The translations under genes and the position numbers were made by a program. A DNA stretch of 64,000 nt from the human T2T-CHM13v2.0 reference genome, Homo sapiens, in NCBI RefSeq assembly GCF_009914755.1, contig NC_060948.1; one strand, written 5' to 3'. The notes under the pieces are model-generated. The model made no database searches. It was not told the origin of the DNA and was given only the letters and a program-made list of their open reading frames with translations. Positions 16,159 through 39,260 of the stretch are shown one piece after another; positions within the stretch are counted from its first letter, which is position 1; each line of letters starts with the position of its first letter.

Positions 16159-16513
16159 TGATATGGTTTGGCTTTGTGTCCCCATCCAAATCTCATCTTG
16201 AATTGTGCTCCCATAATTCCTATGTGTTGTGGGAGGAGCCTGGTGGGAGATAATTGAATTATGGGGGTAGCTTCCCCGCATACTGTTCTCGTGGTAGTGG
16301 ATAAGTCTCACAAGATCTGATGGCTTTATCAGGGGTTTCTGCTTTTGCATCTTCCTCATTTTCTCTTGCCGCCACCATGTAAGAAGTGCTTTTCACCTCC
16401 CGCCATGATTCTGAGGTCTCCTCAGCCACCTGGAACTATAAGTCCAATTAAACCTCTTTTTCTTCCCAGTCTTGGGTATGTCTTTATCAGCAGAATGACA
16501 ACGGACTAATACA
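16159..16513 (+). mobile_element. THE1 (THE1A/B-like) MaLR solo LTR
   Basis: tgatatggtttgg...gactaataca termini; attaaacctc poly(A) signal; ~355 bp. Confidence 0.88.
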
Positions 16514-16786
16514 CTCCCATCTCTCTTCTCACCCCCAAGCTCAGTTGGGAAAAACTGTAGTTTTACAAGTTTGAAGCTGAATGTAAAACCCAGCAGCTTT
16601 CCTGTTAGGGCTGGGGACAGGGGTGGATTTGATATGGAGTAGAGGGAAGAAATCAATGGTTTTGCCAGTTAAATATAGCAGAGTGGTTTGGGAATGAACA
16701 GAGAGAATTGCAGATTTGCTAGTCTGAGGTTGCAGTTTCAATTGGGGAAGTGGAAGACAAGATAAAAATTTAAATGAGAGATCCTG

Positions 16787-17015
16787 AGGTTCAATAGGTA
16801 CAGCAAACCACCATGGCACATGTATACCTGTGTAACAAACCTGAATGTTCTGCACATGTATCCTGGAAATCAAAGTAAAATTAAAAAAGAAAGAAAGAAA
16901 GAAAGAGAAAGAAAGAAAGAGAGAAAGAAACAAAGAATGAAAGAGGAAGAAAGAAATAAAGAGAGAGAGAAAGAGAGAAAGAAGAAAGAAAGAAGGAAGG
17001 AAAGAAAGAAAGAAA

Positions 17016-17064
<49 letters not shown>

Positions 17065-17499
17065 AGGAAAGAAAGAAAAGAAAGACCCACATGCAAGGCT
17101 AGAGTTTTCGAGTTCCAAGTTCCAATTCTCTCATTGAGAAGAGTGGCTCACTGTGCCTAAACTGTTTATACAAACAATGTGGTTTACTCTGAACAGCTGC
17201 TTTTCCTCTGGGAGTCTGGAATTCTGGTACATGTGAAGGAGAGTAACCTCCATAAAATCCTGAGTACTGAGTCTCTAATGAGACTCTGGTCCTGGTAGAT
17301 GACATTGCACATGTGCTGTCAAAATTTCATGCTGGGAAAGAGAAACACATCCTTGTAACTCCACAGGAGATGATTCCAGGAAGCTTGTGCCTGGTATCCT
17401 CCAGACTTTACCACATACAACTTTTTCCCTTTGCTAATTTTGCTTTGTATCCATTCACTATAATAAATTAAAAACCTGAGTATTACTAAAAAAAAAAAA
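16787..17499 (+). mobile_element. Retrotransposed unit: L1PA8-10-like 3' end + (GAAA)n + MER21-like LTR fragment + poly(A); probable 3' transduction
   Basis: TSD-like gagagatcctg (16776-16786) and gagaaatcctg (17508-17518); AATAAA at 17462-17467; A12 at 17488-17499. Confidence 0.72.
16883..17085. repeat. (GAAA)n polypurine simple repeat derived from an L1 A-tail
   Basis: Visible ~200-bp purine tract directly after an L1 3' end. Confidence 0.95.
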
Positions 17500-18658
17500 G
17501 AGAGAGAGAGAAATCCTGGAAAGCAGAGAACCATAGAAAGTTTGAGAAAAGTTCTCCACACATATGGCCGATTGGAAAAGTATGGAAGTGCAGGAAAGAC
17601 TCAAGAGAGCATGACAAAAAGTAAAAATGAAGTAAGACTTGAGTATTAATTGCAACTTTGAATGCATTCACCTACCCACCCACAGATTATTTGGCAGAGA
17701 GCGGAAGCCTTACTAGCTTTAATATAATGTCTCTCAAAAATCATGCTATGCAACAGACACAAAGGAAATCCCTAGAAAAACAGGCTAAAACAACAGTAAC
17801 AACAACAACACAATATAAAAGACATCAATGTTGAAAACCACTAGGCAGAAGGATTACACAGCACAAGTATAGGCCAATTACAAAAACAGAACAACAACAA
17901 AGACAGTAACAAATAAAAACCAAATCCAGATTTGCTATAATGTGTAATTAAAGTGTTTAGTTTTAAATTAAAAATTATCAGACATGTAAGGAAACAGGAA
18001 AATATGACTCATACTCTGGAAAAAAAGCAGTGAATAGAAACTGTCTCAATTCAGATATTGGATTTAGAAAGAAAGTTTTCAAAGTATATATTATAAATAT
18101 GTTCAAATTAAAAATATGATAATGTGTTGTCTAATAGAGAATATGAATAAGGAGACAGAATACGTTTAAAAATAGAATCTAGAATTTAAAAGTACAACAG
18201 TTAAAGTGAAAAAATCACCAGCGAGGTTCAGTAGCATATTTGACCTTGTGAAAGAAAGTATCAGTGAACTTGAAGGTAGACCAATAGAGGTTAATCAATC
18301 TGAAGAACAAAAAGAAAAAAGAATGAAGGATAATAAACAGATCCTCAGAAACTTATGGGATACGATCAGGAGCACTAACATACGCATAATGGGAATTCCA
18401 GGAGAAGAGAGAGATAAGAGGGCAGAAAAATATTTGAAAACATAATGTCTGAAAACTTCAAAAATGCTATGAAAAACATTAATCTTCAGATATAAGACAT
18501 CCAACAAATCTCAACTAGGATAAACACAAAGAGATTCACACCTAGAGCCATCCTTGTCAAATTGGTGAAAACCAAGGATAATAAGAAAATCATGAAAGTA
18601 GCAAGAGACGGCTTATCACATACAGGGGAACAATAATGTTATCAATACTGGCATTTTT

Positions 18659-21319
<2,661 letters not shown>

Positions 21320-21539
21320 TAACTGTCAATTAAGAATTCTGTATCCAGTTAATGATCCTTCAAATATGAAGCTGAAATAAAGACATTTCCATATAAATAA
21401 AAATAAAAAGAACTTATCCTTGCTAAAGAAACACTAAAGAAAATGCTTTTAAGATAAAAGGATATGACACCAGATGACAACTTGAACCTATAAGGAATAA
21501 ACGGCACGGGAAATGGTAAATAAATTTGTAAGTATAAAA

Positions 21540-21542
<3 letters not shown>

Positions 21543-21571
<29 letters not shown>

Positions 21572-21579
21572 CTGTGTGT
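21543..21579. repeat. (TG)n microsatellite
   Basis: Visible run. Confidence 0.95.
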
Positions 21580-21774
21580 ATTCTGATTTCATCTCTTTTT
21601 TTAAAAAAGCATCTGATTATTATAGGCAATAACTATAACAATACTACTGAGTTCATAGCATATAAGAGATACATTGGATCAAAGTTGCTATATAACACTG
21701 GAATTAAGTAAAAATTATTAAACCAAAGTAGATTGTAAAAAGTGAAGGTGATTGATTATTATAATCCCCAAAGG

Positions 21775-22116
21775 TACTTGGGAGGCTGAGATAGAAGTAT
21801 TGCTTGAGGCTAGGAGTTTGAGACTAGCCCGAGCAACACAATGAAGCTCTGTTGATATAGTTTGGATATGTGTCCCTGCCCAAATCTCGTGTTGAATTGT
21901 AATCCCCAAAGTTGGTGATAGGTCCTGCTGGGAGGTGAATGGATCATGGGGGCACATTTCTCATGAATCGTTATTGCTGGCTAATTTGGTATTTTTAGTA
22001 GAGACAGGGTTTCTCCATGTTGATCAGGCTGGTCTTGAACTCCTGACCTCAGGTGATCCACCCGCCTCAGCCTCCCAAAGTGCTGGGATTACAGGCATGA
22101 GCCATGGTGACTGGCC
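21775..22116. mobile_element. Adjacent fragments: Alu piece (+), MST LTR 5' piece (21853-21968, +), Alu left arm (-)
   Basis: tgatatagtttggatatgtgtcc MST start; Alu motifs on both sides. Confidence 0.65.
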
Positions 22117-22804
22117 TAAGCTTTACTTTCTAAAAATTATATTAAAATTGATATTTCTCTATTATCTAATCATAAATTATATCAAATATTCTGTTTTGAA
22201 TTTTATTTTTCCCTTTAAACATAAAGACACACATTCAGTTCATTGTGCTAGATAAATTACCAGTGCAATCACAAATTAAGAAATGCAATTCAAAGAATTT
22301 TGCATACAAGGAGTCCTGAAAGTGTTAATAACTTTTGATGCAAAGATAATTTTATGAAAGTAATAGAAGACTAAAAAGGTACAAAACAATTATTATGTAA
22401 GTAGCTTCCTTTTTCTGAATCACCCATGATTACTTTTTCCACCAAACAAAAACTGACAATATATGTCAGACCTGTCTCAAATCTCCCCAGCCTCTTTTCC
22501 TAAACCTCCCCAGCTTCTCAGGACAGACAGGCTGCTACTGTACTTTGTGCATTCTGCTATTTTTAGCAAGAGGCCTATTTTGTCAGTGTTGTCTGAATAA
22601 TATTTGCCAACTCTCAGACTTTCAGTCACTTATTTGTTTAGTTATTTATTTATTTGTCTCCTTTTCTTGTATTTCCCTTTTCCTTTTCTTTCCTTTCTTT
22701 TTCCCTTTCCTCCTCCCTTCCTTTGCTTACTTATTTTTTTCCCTTTAATTCTCATTCACTATTTCCATGACTGTCAAATAGTAGGTTGATCCTTTAAAAT
22801 ATTC

Positions 22805-22908
22805 CTTTTTAAAAATTTATTGTACTTTAAGTTCTGGGATACATGTGCAGAACGTGCAGGTTTGTTACATAAGTATACACGTGCCATGTGGTTTGCTACA
22901 CCCATCTA
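22805..22908 (-). mobile_element. Short L1PA7/8-like 3' end
   Basis: tttaagttctgggatacatgtgcagaacgtgcagg... Confidence 0.75.
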
Positions 22909-22949
22909 CAATATATCTTAAAATAAATAAAAGTGGAAACACACAGGAG

Positions 22950-24860
22950 ACAGGTTGTATGGGGTGAGTGGGTTGCCAAGTGGATGGTGGCAGTGTAATC
23001 CAGGGTGGCCAGTGGGGCTAAGTGTTGTGTATTCCAAGCATGGCGGGGTTCCTGCCTTCCTGTGTGGCAGACTGTGGCATCAGGTAAGAGCCACTCAGTG
23101 CCCACCCTGGCTCCTCCATTGCCTTGCTCTCAGCCCCTGACATCCAGCCCACACCTGGAGATTGAACTGCACCCACTGCTCTGGGTCTCAGCTCTGTGAT
23201 CACCTCAGTAGATATTCCGAGCTTGGCTATGCAGGCAACACTGAGCCATAGTTTACTATTCTTTCATGCATTACTATCAGAGAGTCAGCAAAGGTAGTTG
23301 ACAAAGCCCAAGGGAGAATGTTGAGGGGAGTTGATGAGCTTGACTTTTTCATACAGGATGAAGCCATTGATAAATCTATGTATGCCACAAAGTGGTCAAT
23401 ATGACATGGAATCACTGAAGACTGGGATATTATGGAAATGTTCATGGAGCAAGTGGTTTTTAAATATCTTTGAGCAGAATCTGAGGACCATTATTTTTTA
23501 ATGACAGAACTTCCACTGAATACACTAGAAAATACAGAATATTTTTTCAGAAATTATGTTTGAATTATTTAATGTACCAGGATTCTACATTGCAGTTCAG
23601 GAGGTACTAGCCTTGGAAGTATCTTGGACATCTCAACAAGTGGGTGAATATATGTTAATGAGTATAGTCATTGACAAAGGAGATGGAGTCACCCTTATTC
23701 TCCCAGTTGTAGAAGGTTATGTAATTGGGAGCTGCATCAATCACATCCTGATTGTAGGTGATACTGTGTATTTCATTCAACAACTGCTAAGGGAGAGGGA
23801 GGTAGGAATCCCTCTTGAACGTCACTGGAGACCACAAAAGCCATTAAGGAGAAATACTGTTACATTTGCCCTGATATAGTCAAGGAATTTGCTAAGTATG
23901 ATGTGGATCCCTGGAAGTGGGTCAAACAGTACACAGGTATCAATGTGATCAACCAGGAGAAGTTCATAATAGACGTTGGTTACAAAAGATTCCTACAACC
24001 TGAAATATTTTTTTTACCCAGAGTTTGCCAACCCAGACTTTATGGAATCCATCTTGAATGTTGTTGATGAATACAAAACTGTCCTATTGATGTGCGTTGT
24101 CCACTGTATAAGAATGTTGTTCTTTCAAGGGGTTTGACCATATTCAGGGATTTGAATCTCAACTACAGAGAGATTTGAAGAGTGGTACATGCCAGATTAA
24201 AACTCAGTAAGGAGCTCAGTGGCAGGAGAATCAAACCTAAGCTTACAGAGGTTCGGGTGGTAATCCATCACATGCAGCACTATGCCTTATGGTTTGGAAG
24301 CTTAATGCTAGCCTCAACTCTGGAGTTATTTCAGGTCTGTCACACCAAGAAGGACTATAAAGAATATGGCCCCAGCATCTGCCACCAGAGCCTTCTCTTT
24401 GGAGTAATGTCTTAGTGTCTGCCTTGAAAGCATCATTTAATAGTGTCATGTTGGGGAACAAGTGTCCTTCAGAACCCAGAGAAGACTACCATTTCTAAAT
24501 GACATTTAGTGTTGATGTCTGAGCAGCATGCTTGCATCACCTAGTGCATGAGGCACAGGGCAGAGTCATTTCAGTAAAAGCCGTTTCTTTATGTGTTGAC
24601 TATTGTATGCCCACTCCTCATTCTTTCACTCCCTTTCTTCATGCTTCCGCAGTTTCCCTCCTCCTTTTCACTTGAACTTTTTTGTTGACAAATATCATTC
24701 GGAAAGAATTCAAATGTGACTCTGAAAATTGTTAAGAGGAAAAAAAATTTCAAAAATGGCCCAAAATAGTTCTCCCCCAGGAAAGAATGCAGTGGTATAA
24801 ATCATTTTCCCCCAGCCTATTTTTCTAAATAAAATGTTATAAACTTAAAATACAAAAAAC
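22950..24860 (+). pseudogene. ACTR3BP: Processed ACTR3B (actin-related protein 3B) pseudogene, antisense within the SLC9B1-derived intron
   Basis: ATG at 23040 (MAGFLPSCVADCG); spliced exons encode Arp3 motifs ([38 protein letters not shown]...FGVMS* ending 24415); multiple stops and frameshifts; AATAAA 24828-24833 and an A-rich remnant. Confidence 0.93.
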
Positions 24861-27800
24861 CAATAACATAGCAATATTTACAGGATACAATTAAAGCAGT
24901 GTATAGAGGAAAATGTATAGCTTTAAAAACAGAAAAAATAATCTAAAATTGATAATTAAAACTTCCATCTTAAGACTCTAGAAAAAGAGGAGTAAACCAA
25001 GCTGAAAGTAAGTAGGATGTATGAAATAAAAATGTCACAGTGGAAAACGATAAATACAGAACAGGATAACATTAAAAACAACCAAAGAAACCCAAAATTG
25101 CTTATTTCAGAAAGTCAAGACGATAAATAATATTTAGTGAAATTGACCAAGAAAAAAGAAAGAAGACACTAATTCCCAAAATCAAGAATCAAAGAGAAAT
25201 ATCACCACAGACCCTACCCTTAAAAGGATGTAAAGAAAATAGCATAATAACTTTAAGGCAAAAAATTTGACAACTTAAATAAAATAGAACAATTCCTAGA
25301 AAGACACAAATTACCAAAACTGACTCAAGGCAAAAGAAAAAAAAAAAACAAATACCAATATCAAGTAAAGAAATTGCATCAGTAATTTCAAATCTTCCTA
25401 TAGAGAAAAAAATATACTTCACTGGTGAATTCTATCAAACTATTAAGGGAGGAAATAATACCAGTGTTACAAAAACTTTATTCAGCAAATAGAGGATGAA
25501 GGAAACTTCCCAACTAACTTTATTTCATTTGATATCAATATTACCCTGATATCAAAACAAGACAAAGACATTACAAGAAAACATAGCTATATATCAATAT
25601 CCCTTGTGAAACTAGACATAAAAATTCTTAACCAAATATTAGCAAATGTAATTGAGCAACATATGAAAAGGATTTTATACCACAATCAAATGAAGTTTAT
25701 CTCAAGAATGTGAGGTTGACCTAACATCCAAAAATCAATGTAATAAACTATATTAACAGAATAAAGGACAAAACCATATGATCACCTCAATAGATGCAGA
25801 AAAGCATTTGACAGAATTCAACACTCATATATTTAAAAAAATCTCATCAACTTATGAATAGAAGGGAACTACTTCAAATGATCAAGGCATCTACCAGAAG
25901 CCTATAGCCAACATACTTAATGGTAAGAATGTGCTTCCCTCTAGATTAGGAAACATGCAAAGATATCTGTGTTTACCACTTCTATTTAACAATGCACCAC
26001 AGGTCTTAATTTGTGCAATAGTCAAGGAAAAAGGTATGGAAAAAAGATAACTCTTTTTATTGTTAGCCTTTATGCAGAAAATCCTAAGGAACACACCCAC
26101 ACACACACCCACATACCACACCCCCTCCCAGATTTACTAGAACTAAGAGGGGGGGTTAGTAAGTTTGTAGAGTATATGATCAATATACAAAAATCGGTTA
26201 TATATATAGTAGCAACAAACAAAACAAAGATGAAATAAAGAAAACAATTCCAATCACAATAGCATCAAAAATAAATGTCTTAGTTTGTTTTATGTTGTTA
26301 TAATAGAACACCTGAGACTGTATAAAGAGTTTTATTTAGCTCATGTTTCTCCAGACTGGGAAGTTCAAGAAGCATGGCACCAGTATCTGCTTAACTTCTG
26401 GTGAGGGCTTTAGCAGTACATCACAACATGGCAGAAGAGGACGTGGGAATGTGCCAAGAGGCCAAACACAAGGTACAACCTTGTACAATGGGTTGCTTTA
26501 TAACAATCCATTCTCAGGGCAACTAATCTATTCCCACAGGAACCAATCCAGTTTCATGAGAGCAAGAACTCACTCACTATATGAGGACTGCACCAAGCTG
26601 CTCAAAATGTCAGAGTCCCCATGACCCAAGCATCTCCCATTAGGCCCTACCTCTTAGAGGTTCCAACATGATTTTTGACAGAAACACGGAAACCATGGCA
26701 TTCCATACTTGGAAACCCAAACTCATGTCCCTCTTACACTACAAAATATAATTATTCAATCTCAATGGTCCTCAAAGTCTTAATGTATTCCAGTAACAAT
26801 TCAAAGGTTAAAGTCCAAAGTCTTAATGTATTCCAGTAACAATTCAAAGGTTAAAGTCCAAAGTCTCATATAAGACTCAAGGCAAGTTCCTTCTAGCTAT
26901 GAGCCTGTAAAATAAAATAAAAAAAAAAACAAACAAGTTATTTACTTACAAGATACAACGGTGGAATAGTCATATGGCAGACAGTTCCATTCCAAAAGGG
27001 AGAAATAGGCCAAAAGAAGAAAGAGGTGACAGGCCTCAAGCAAGTTCAAAACTCAGCAGGGCAGACATTAAATCTTAAAGCTCCAGAATAATTCTCCACT
27101 CCATGTGCTACCTCCTGAGCACAGTGGGAAGTTTTTATCCTTTAAGCCTTGGGCAGCCCCACCTCCATTACTTTGTTGGGCATAGCCACATGGCTACTCT
27201 CCCTGGTTGGATTTGGATACCAGTGGCCTTTCCAGGCTGAGGTTGCATGGTGGCAATGGCTCTATAGTTCTGGAGTCCCAGTGGTGGTCCACTTCATGGA
27301 TTCACTAGGCATTGCCCTTGTACAGACACTTTGTGGCAGCTCCAACCCTACATTTCTGCTCAGCATTGCCCTAGGGGAGGTACACTGCAGTGGCTCTGGC
27401 CCTGCAACAAGTCTCCACCTGAGCTCCCAGTCTTTTCAGTACATTCCTTAAAATCTAAGTGGCAGCCACCATGCCTCCACTTCTCTTGTATTCTGCGCAT
27501 CTGCAAAACAAGTACCACATGGTTGTAAAAGCCATCAAGGGTTACCGCTTGCACCCTCCAGAGTGCTGTCATGAGCTGTATCTGAGGCTGCTTGATCAAT
27601 GACTGCGTGCCACCAAGGTTTATGGTTTGTATCTTGAGGAATGGCAGCCTGAGCCACACCTGAGTATGATTGTGCCATGGCTGGGGTGGCTGCTGAGGGC
27701 TGTGCCAGAATTTGGGGAGCAGGATCTCAAAACAGCACAGGGCAGTGATGCATGGGTTCTGTCTCTTAAAACCATTCTGTCCTCCTAGACCTCTGGAGAG

Positions 27801-29685
27801 GCAACCTCAAAAATTTCTGAAACGTCTTCAGGGCCTTTAAAAAATTGTCTCAATAATTGTCAACTGGCTTTCTTCTCTCAGTGCTAATCTCTTTAGTATT
27901 GGTTGTTCTGCTGCACCCTTGGATTCCTCACCTGAAAATGCTCTTTCATTCTCTTCCACATGGCCAGGCTATTAATTTTCAAATTTTTGTGTTTGCTTCC
28001 CTTGTCGTTTTGCATTTCACTGAATGTAGTAAGGAGTAAGTACATAGCTGCTCTATATTTTGCTTAGAAATTTCTTCTGCCAGGTACCGTAGTTCATCAC
28101 ACTTAAGTTTGGCCTTCCACAAAACCTTAGGGTACAAAGCCTTAGAAACAACAAAGTCAAATTTTTGCTATTGTCTAACAAGGATTATTTGGTCTCCAGT
28201 TCCTAATACCTTGTTCCTCATTTCTATCTGAGATCTCATTAGAATGGCCTTTGCTGTCCATATTTTTATCAGCATTGTGGTAATGACTACTTAACCAATC
28301 TCTAAGAAATTCTAAACTTTCTCTAATCTTTTTGTTATCTTTTGAGCCCTCAGTGAAATTATCCTTAATGCTCTGTTTATGGCAATACAGTCTTTTTCTA
28401 GTCTGCTCCATCAAACTTTTCCAACTTCTGCCCATTACCCAATTCCAATGATGCTTCTGCATTTTTGAGGATCTAAATAGCAACATCCCACTCTCAGTAC
28501 CAATTTTCTGTCTTAGTCTGTTTTGTGTTGCTATAACAGAATATTGGAGACTGAGTAATTTATAAAGAGATATATTTGGCTTGCAGTTCTGCAGGCTGGA
28601 AAGAAAGACACTGGCATCTGCTTGGGTTCTGGTGAAAGCTTTAGTGTTGTGTCACAACATGGTAGAAGAAGGTCAAAGAGGAGTAGGCATGTACCAGGAG
28701 GCCAAACATGAAGTGTGACCTCACCGTATAGCAACTCATTCTCATGGTAACTAATCCATTCCTGAGAGAACTAATCTCACGACAGTGAGAACTCACTCAC
28801 CAGTGTAAGAATAGTACCAAGCTGCCCACAAAGGAAGAGCTCCCAAGACCCAAACACTTCCCATTAGGCCCCACCTCTTAAGCATTCCAACATGAGTTTT
28901 GGTAGAGACACTCAAACTATAGCAATAATAATTAGGAATAAATTTAACAAAATAAGTGTGAAACCTTTGCACTGAAAACTAAAAAACATCACTCAGATAA
29001 ATGCCTAAATAAATAGAGAGATATATCATATTAATGGATTAGATGACTCAATATTGTTAGTTGTCAATTGATCTACAAATTAACTTCAATTCCTGCCAAA
29101 AGTCTAGAAAGATTATTGGAAAAATTGACAAGCTGATTCTAAAATTATATAGAAATAGAAAAATACCTAGAATAGCCAAAACAATCTTGCTAAGTAAGAA
29201 TGAAGTTAGAGTACTTAATACTGCCTTATTTTAAAATTCAGTGTAAAGCAACAGTAGTCAAGACAGTGTAGAATCCACATTAAGAGAGATAGATAGATCA
29301 ATGGAACTAAGTGGATTTCAGAATCCAACCACATAAATAGTCAATTAATTTTCATCAAAGATGCTAAGACAATTCAATAGGAAAAAGATGTTCTTTCAAC
29401 AAATGATTCTATAAGAACTGGTTATTCATTTACAAAAACTAAACCTAGATCCTTAGGTCATATACGAAAATTAACTAAAATGGATCATAGACCTAATTGT
29501 ATAAGCTAAAACTGTAAAACTCCTAGGAAAAAAAAATAGGATAAAATATTTATGACCTTGGACTAAGAAAAGTTTTCTTAGATATAATATCAAAAACATG
29601 TTCCATAAAAGAAAAACAGATAAATTAGACTTCACCAAAATGATGAAATCTTTGCTTTTCAAATATTTTTTAAATAAATGAAAAG
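24860..29685 (+). mobile_element. Degenerate L1M ORF2 fragments interrupted by a MaLR element
   Basis: L1 ORF2-like motifs (aatagatgcagaaaagcatttgac, atagccaaaacaatcttg). Confidence 0.65.
26276..28924 (-). mobile_element. Full MST/MLT1A-type MaLR element: LTR (26276-26700), internal region, LTR (28509-28924)
   Basis: Two related ~420-bp LTRs with tg...ca termini; gaaaattggtac internal start next to the right LTR; near-TSD ataaa/ataat. Confidence 0.82.
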
Positions 29686-29686
29686 A

Positions 29687-35390
<5,704 letters not shown>

Positions 35391-35568
35391 TTCAGCCTTC
35401 GAGTAGCTATCAGGTGCGCCACCATGCCCAGCTAATTTTTGTGTTTTTAGTAGAGATGGGGTTTCACCATGTTGCCTAGGTTAGTCTTGAACTCCTGGGC
35501 TCAGGTGATCTGCTCGCCTTGGCCTCCCAAAATGCTAGTATTACAGGCATGAGCCACTGTGCCCAGCC
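35391..35568 (-). mobile_element. Truncated Alu joined directly to the broken L1
   Basis: Alu left arm plus a short piece of the right arm. Confidence 0.8.
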
Positions 35569-36983
35569 AAACTATGTAACTTTTCATGGAAGACAAATCT
35601 ATAAAGAAAGCAGATCATTTGTTACTTGGGACTTGGGTAGGTGGGAGTGAGGATTTAATGAAAATAAACATGAGGAAACTTTTTGAGATTATGTAAGTAT
35701 TCAAAAACTGAATTTTTGTAATTGTTGTACAACTCTATAAATTTGTCAAAACTCATTGAAATGTGCATTTAAAATAAATAAATTTTGTGCTCTGTATATT
35801 ATACCTCAAAAAAGCTGATAAAATATAAATTGGAAGAAAAGTACTGGAAAACATAAGTTGGGGATGAATGAGGGTGATCAAAATTAATGCATCCTTCAAG
35901 ATGAAACTAGTGATTTTAATTTTACGATTAGTTTTTTAAATTACTTGTTAATTCAAGTACACATATTACATTTCAAGGGTAATCGTGAATAGAATAGAAC
36001 TAAAACATACAACTTTTAAACAAATAGAGGGGAAAAACCTTGATCAATCTAATAGAATGCATTGGGGAAAAGAATTGGAGAAATAATATGGTTACCAGAA
36101 AGCACAAAATATGAATGCAGAAGTAAATATAAATTTATCCATAACCACAATAAACTTAAATGATCTAAATTAGTTAAAGACAGGCACTTGAAGACTGGAT
36201 AAAAACGTGAAAATCCAGGTATAACCCGTAATAGTTAAAAACATGAAGACACAAAATTCTGAAGGTATGAGATGAGTAAATGATAAATAAAACAAATATT
36301 AACCAATATATGGCTGATATAGCTATTTTCATATCAAAAACTATTATTTAAGACAAAAACATTCCGAGGAATAAAGGTCATTATGTAAGGACATGTATGC
36401 ATGTAAGAATTCAATCACAAAATATATGAAGCGCAAATTGCAGAATTACAAAGAAAAATGGCTAAATCCTCAACCTTGAAGAAACTTAAACCTCTGAGTC
36501 AATGATAATCAAAATGTAGTAAGATTATCTCAGATTTTAACCACTGTATTAAAAAAGCTTAATTTAAAGGAAATATATAGACTTCTGTATGCTCAAATTA
36601 GAGAATATATATACTTTGAAGCCTGATAAAGTCTTAGGAGAACTGAACCTATGCTAGCCTATGAATCAAATCACAACAAATAAACAAACATTATAACATG
36701 CGGCTTATCCTCTCTAACCAAAATGCAATTTATAAGAGAAAAAAATGTAAATTTCTTTCATCTTCAAATTAAAGGCGTATCTTAAATAATTTTTCAGTCA
36801 AAGAAGACATGAAAACAAAAATCAGAAGATATTTGGAAGTGAAATACTACATAACAAAACTTGTGAGATAGAGCTGAGGCAGTACTGAAAGGGTAATTTA
36901 TATCTTTAAATGTTTATATTGAAAAATAGGTTGAAAATTAGTTAAGTGTCCACCTTAGGAAGTTTAGAAAGAGAAAAAGAGAT

Positions 36984-38935
<1,952 letters not shown>

Positions 38936-38974
38936 AGATAATGTTTAAATTAGAAGGTTGCATGCATAAATATG

Positions 38975-39260
38975 ATATCTTGGACATTGATGAGATCACA
39001 TAGACAAACTATGTAAAAGGAAAAGAGGAAAAGGCCCATGTCTAAGTCCTGAGTGATATTTCATATTTAGAAGTTAGGAAAAGAAGAATGGAAAATGGAA
39101 GACAAAAAAGGATGAAGCAGTGAGGGAAGAAGAAAACCAGTAAGTGGTGCCTCAGAATTAGAAAAAAAAGAGAAGTGTTTCAATAAGAGAGTGATCATCG
39201 GCGTCAAAAGCTGCAAAGATCTTGAATACGATGCAGACAGAAAAGTTCACTGGATTTGGT
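38975..39260 (-). mobile_element. L2-like fragment
   Basis: gatgagatcac...gaagaaaaccag...gtcaaaagctgc...cactggatttgg, resembling L2. Confidence 0.55.

Noticed and set aside
16251-16261. DUX4 site in the THE1 LTR
   Set aside because: Reads TAATTGAATTA instead of TAATTGAATCA; the core is altered and activity cannot be supported.
16541-17137. Phe/Leu/Ser-rich and Lys/Glu/Arg-rich ORFs
   Set aside because: Translations of the (GAAA)n simple repeat.
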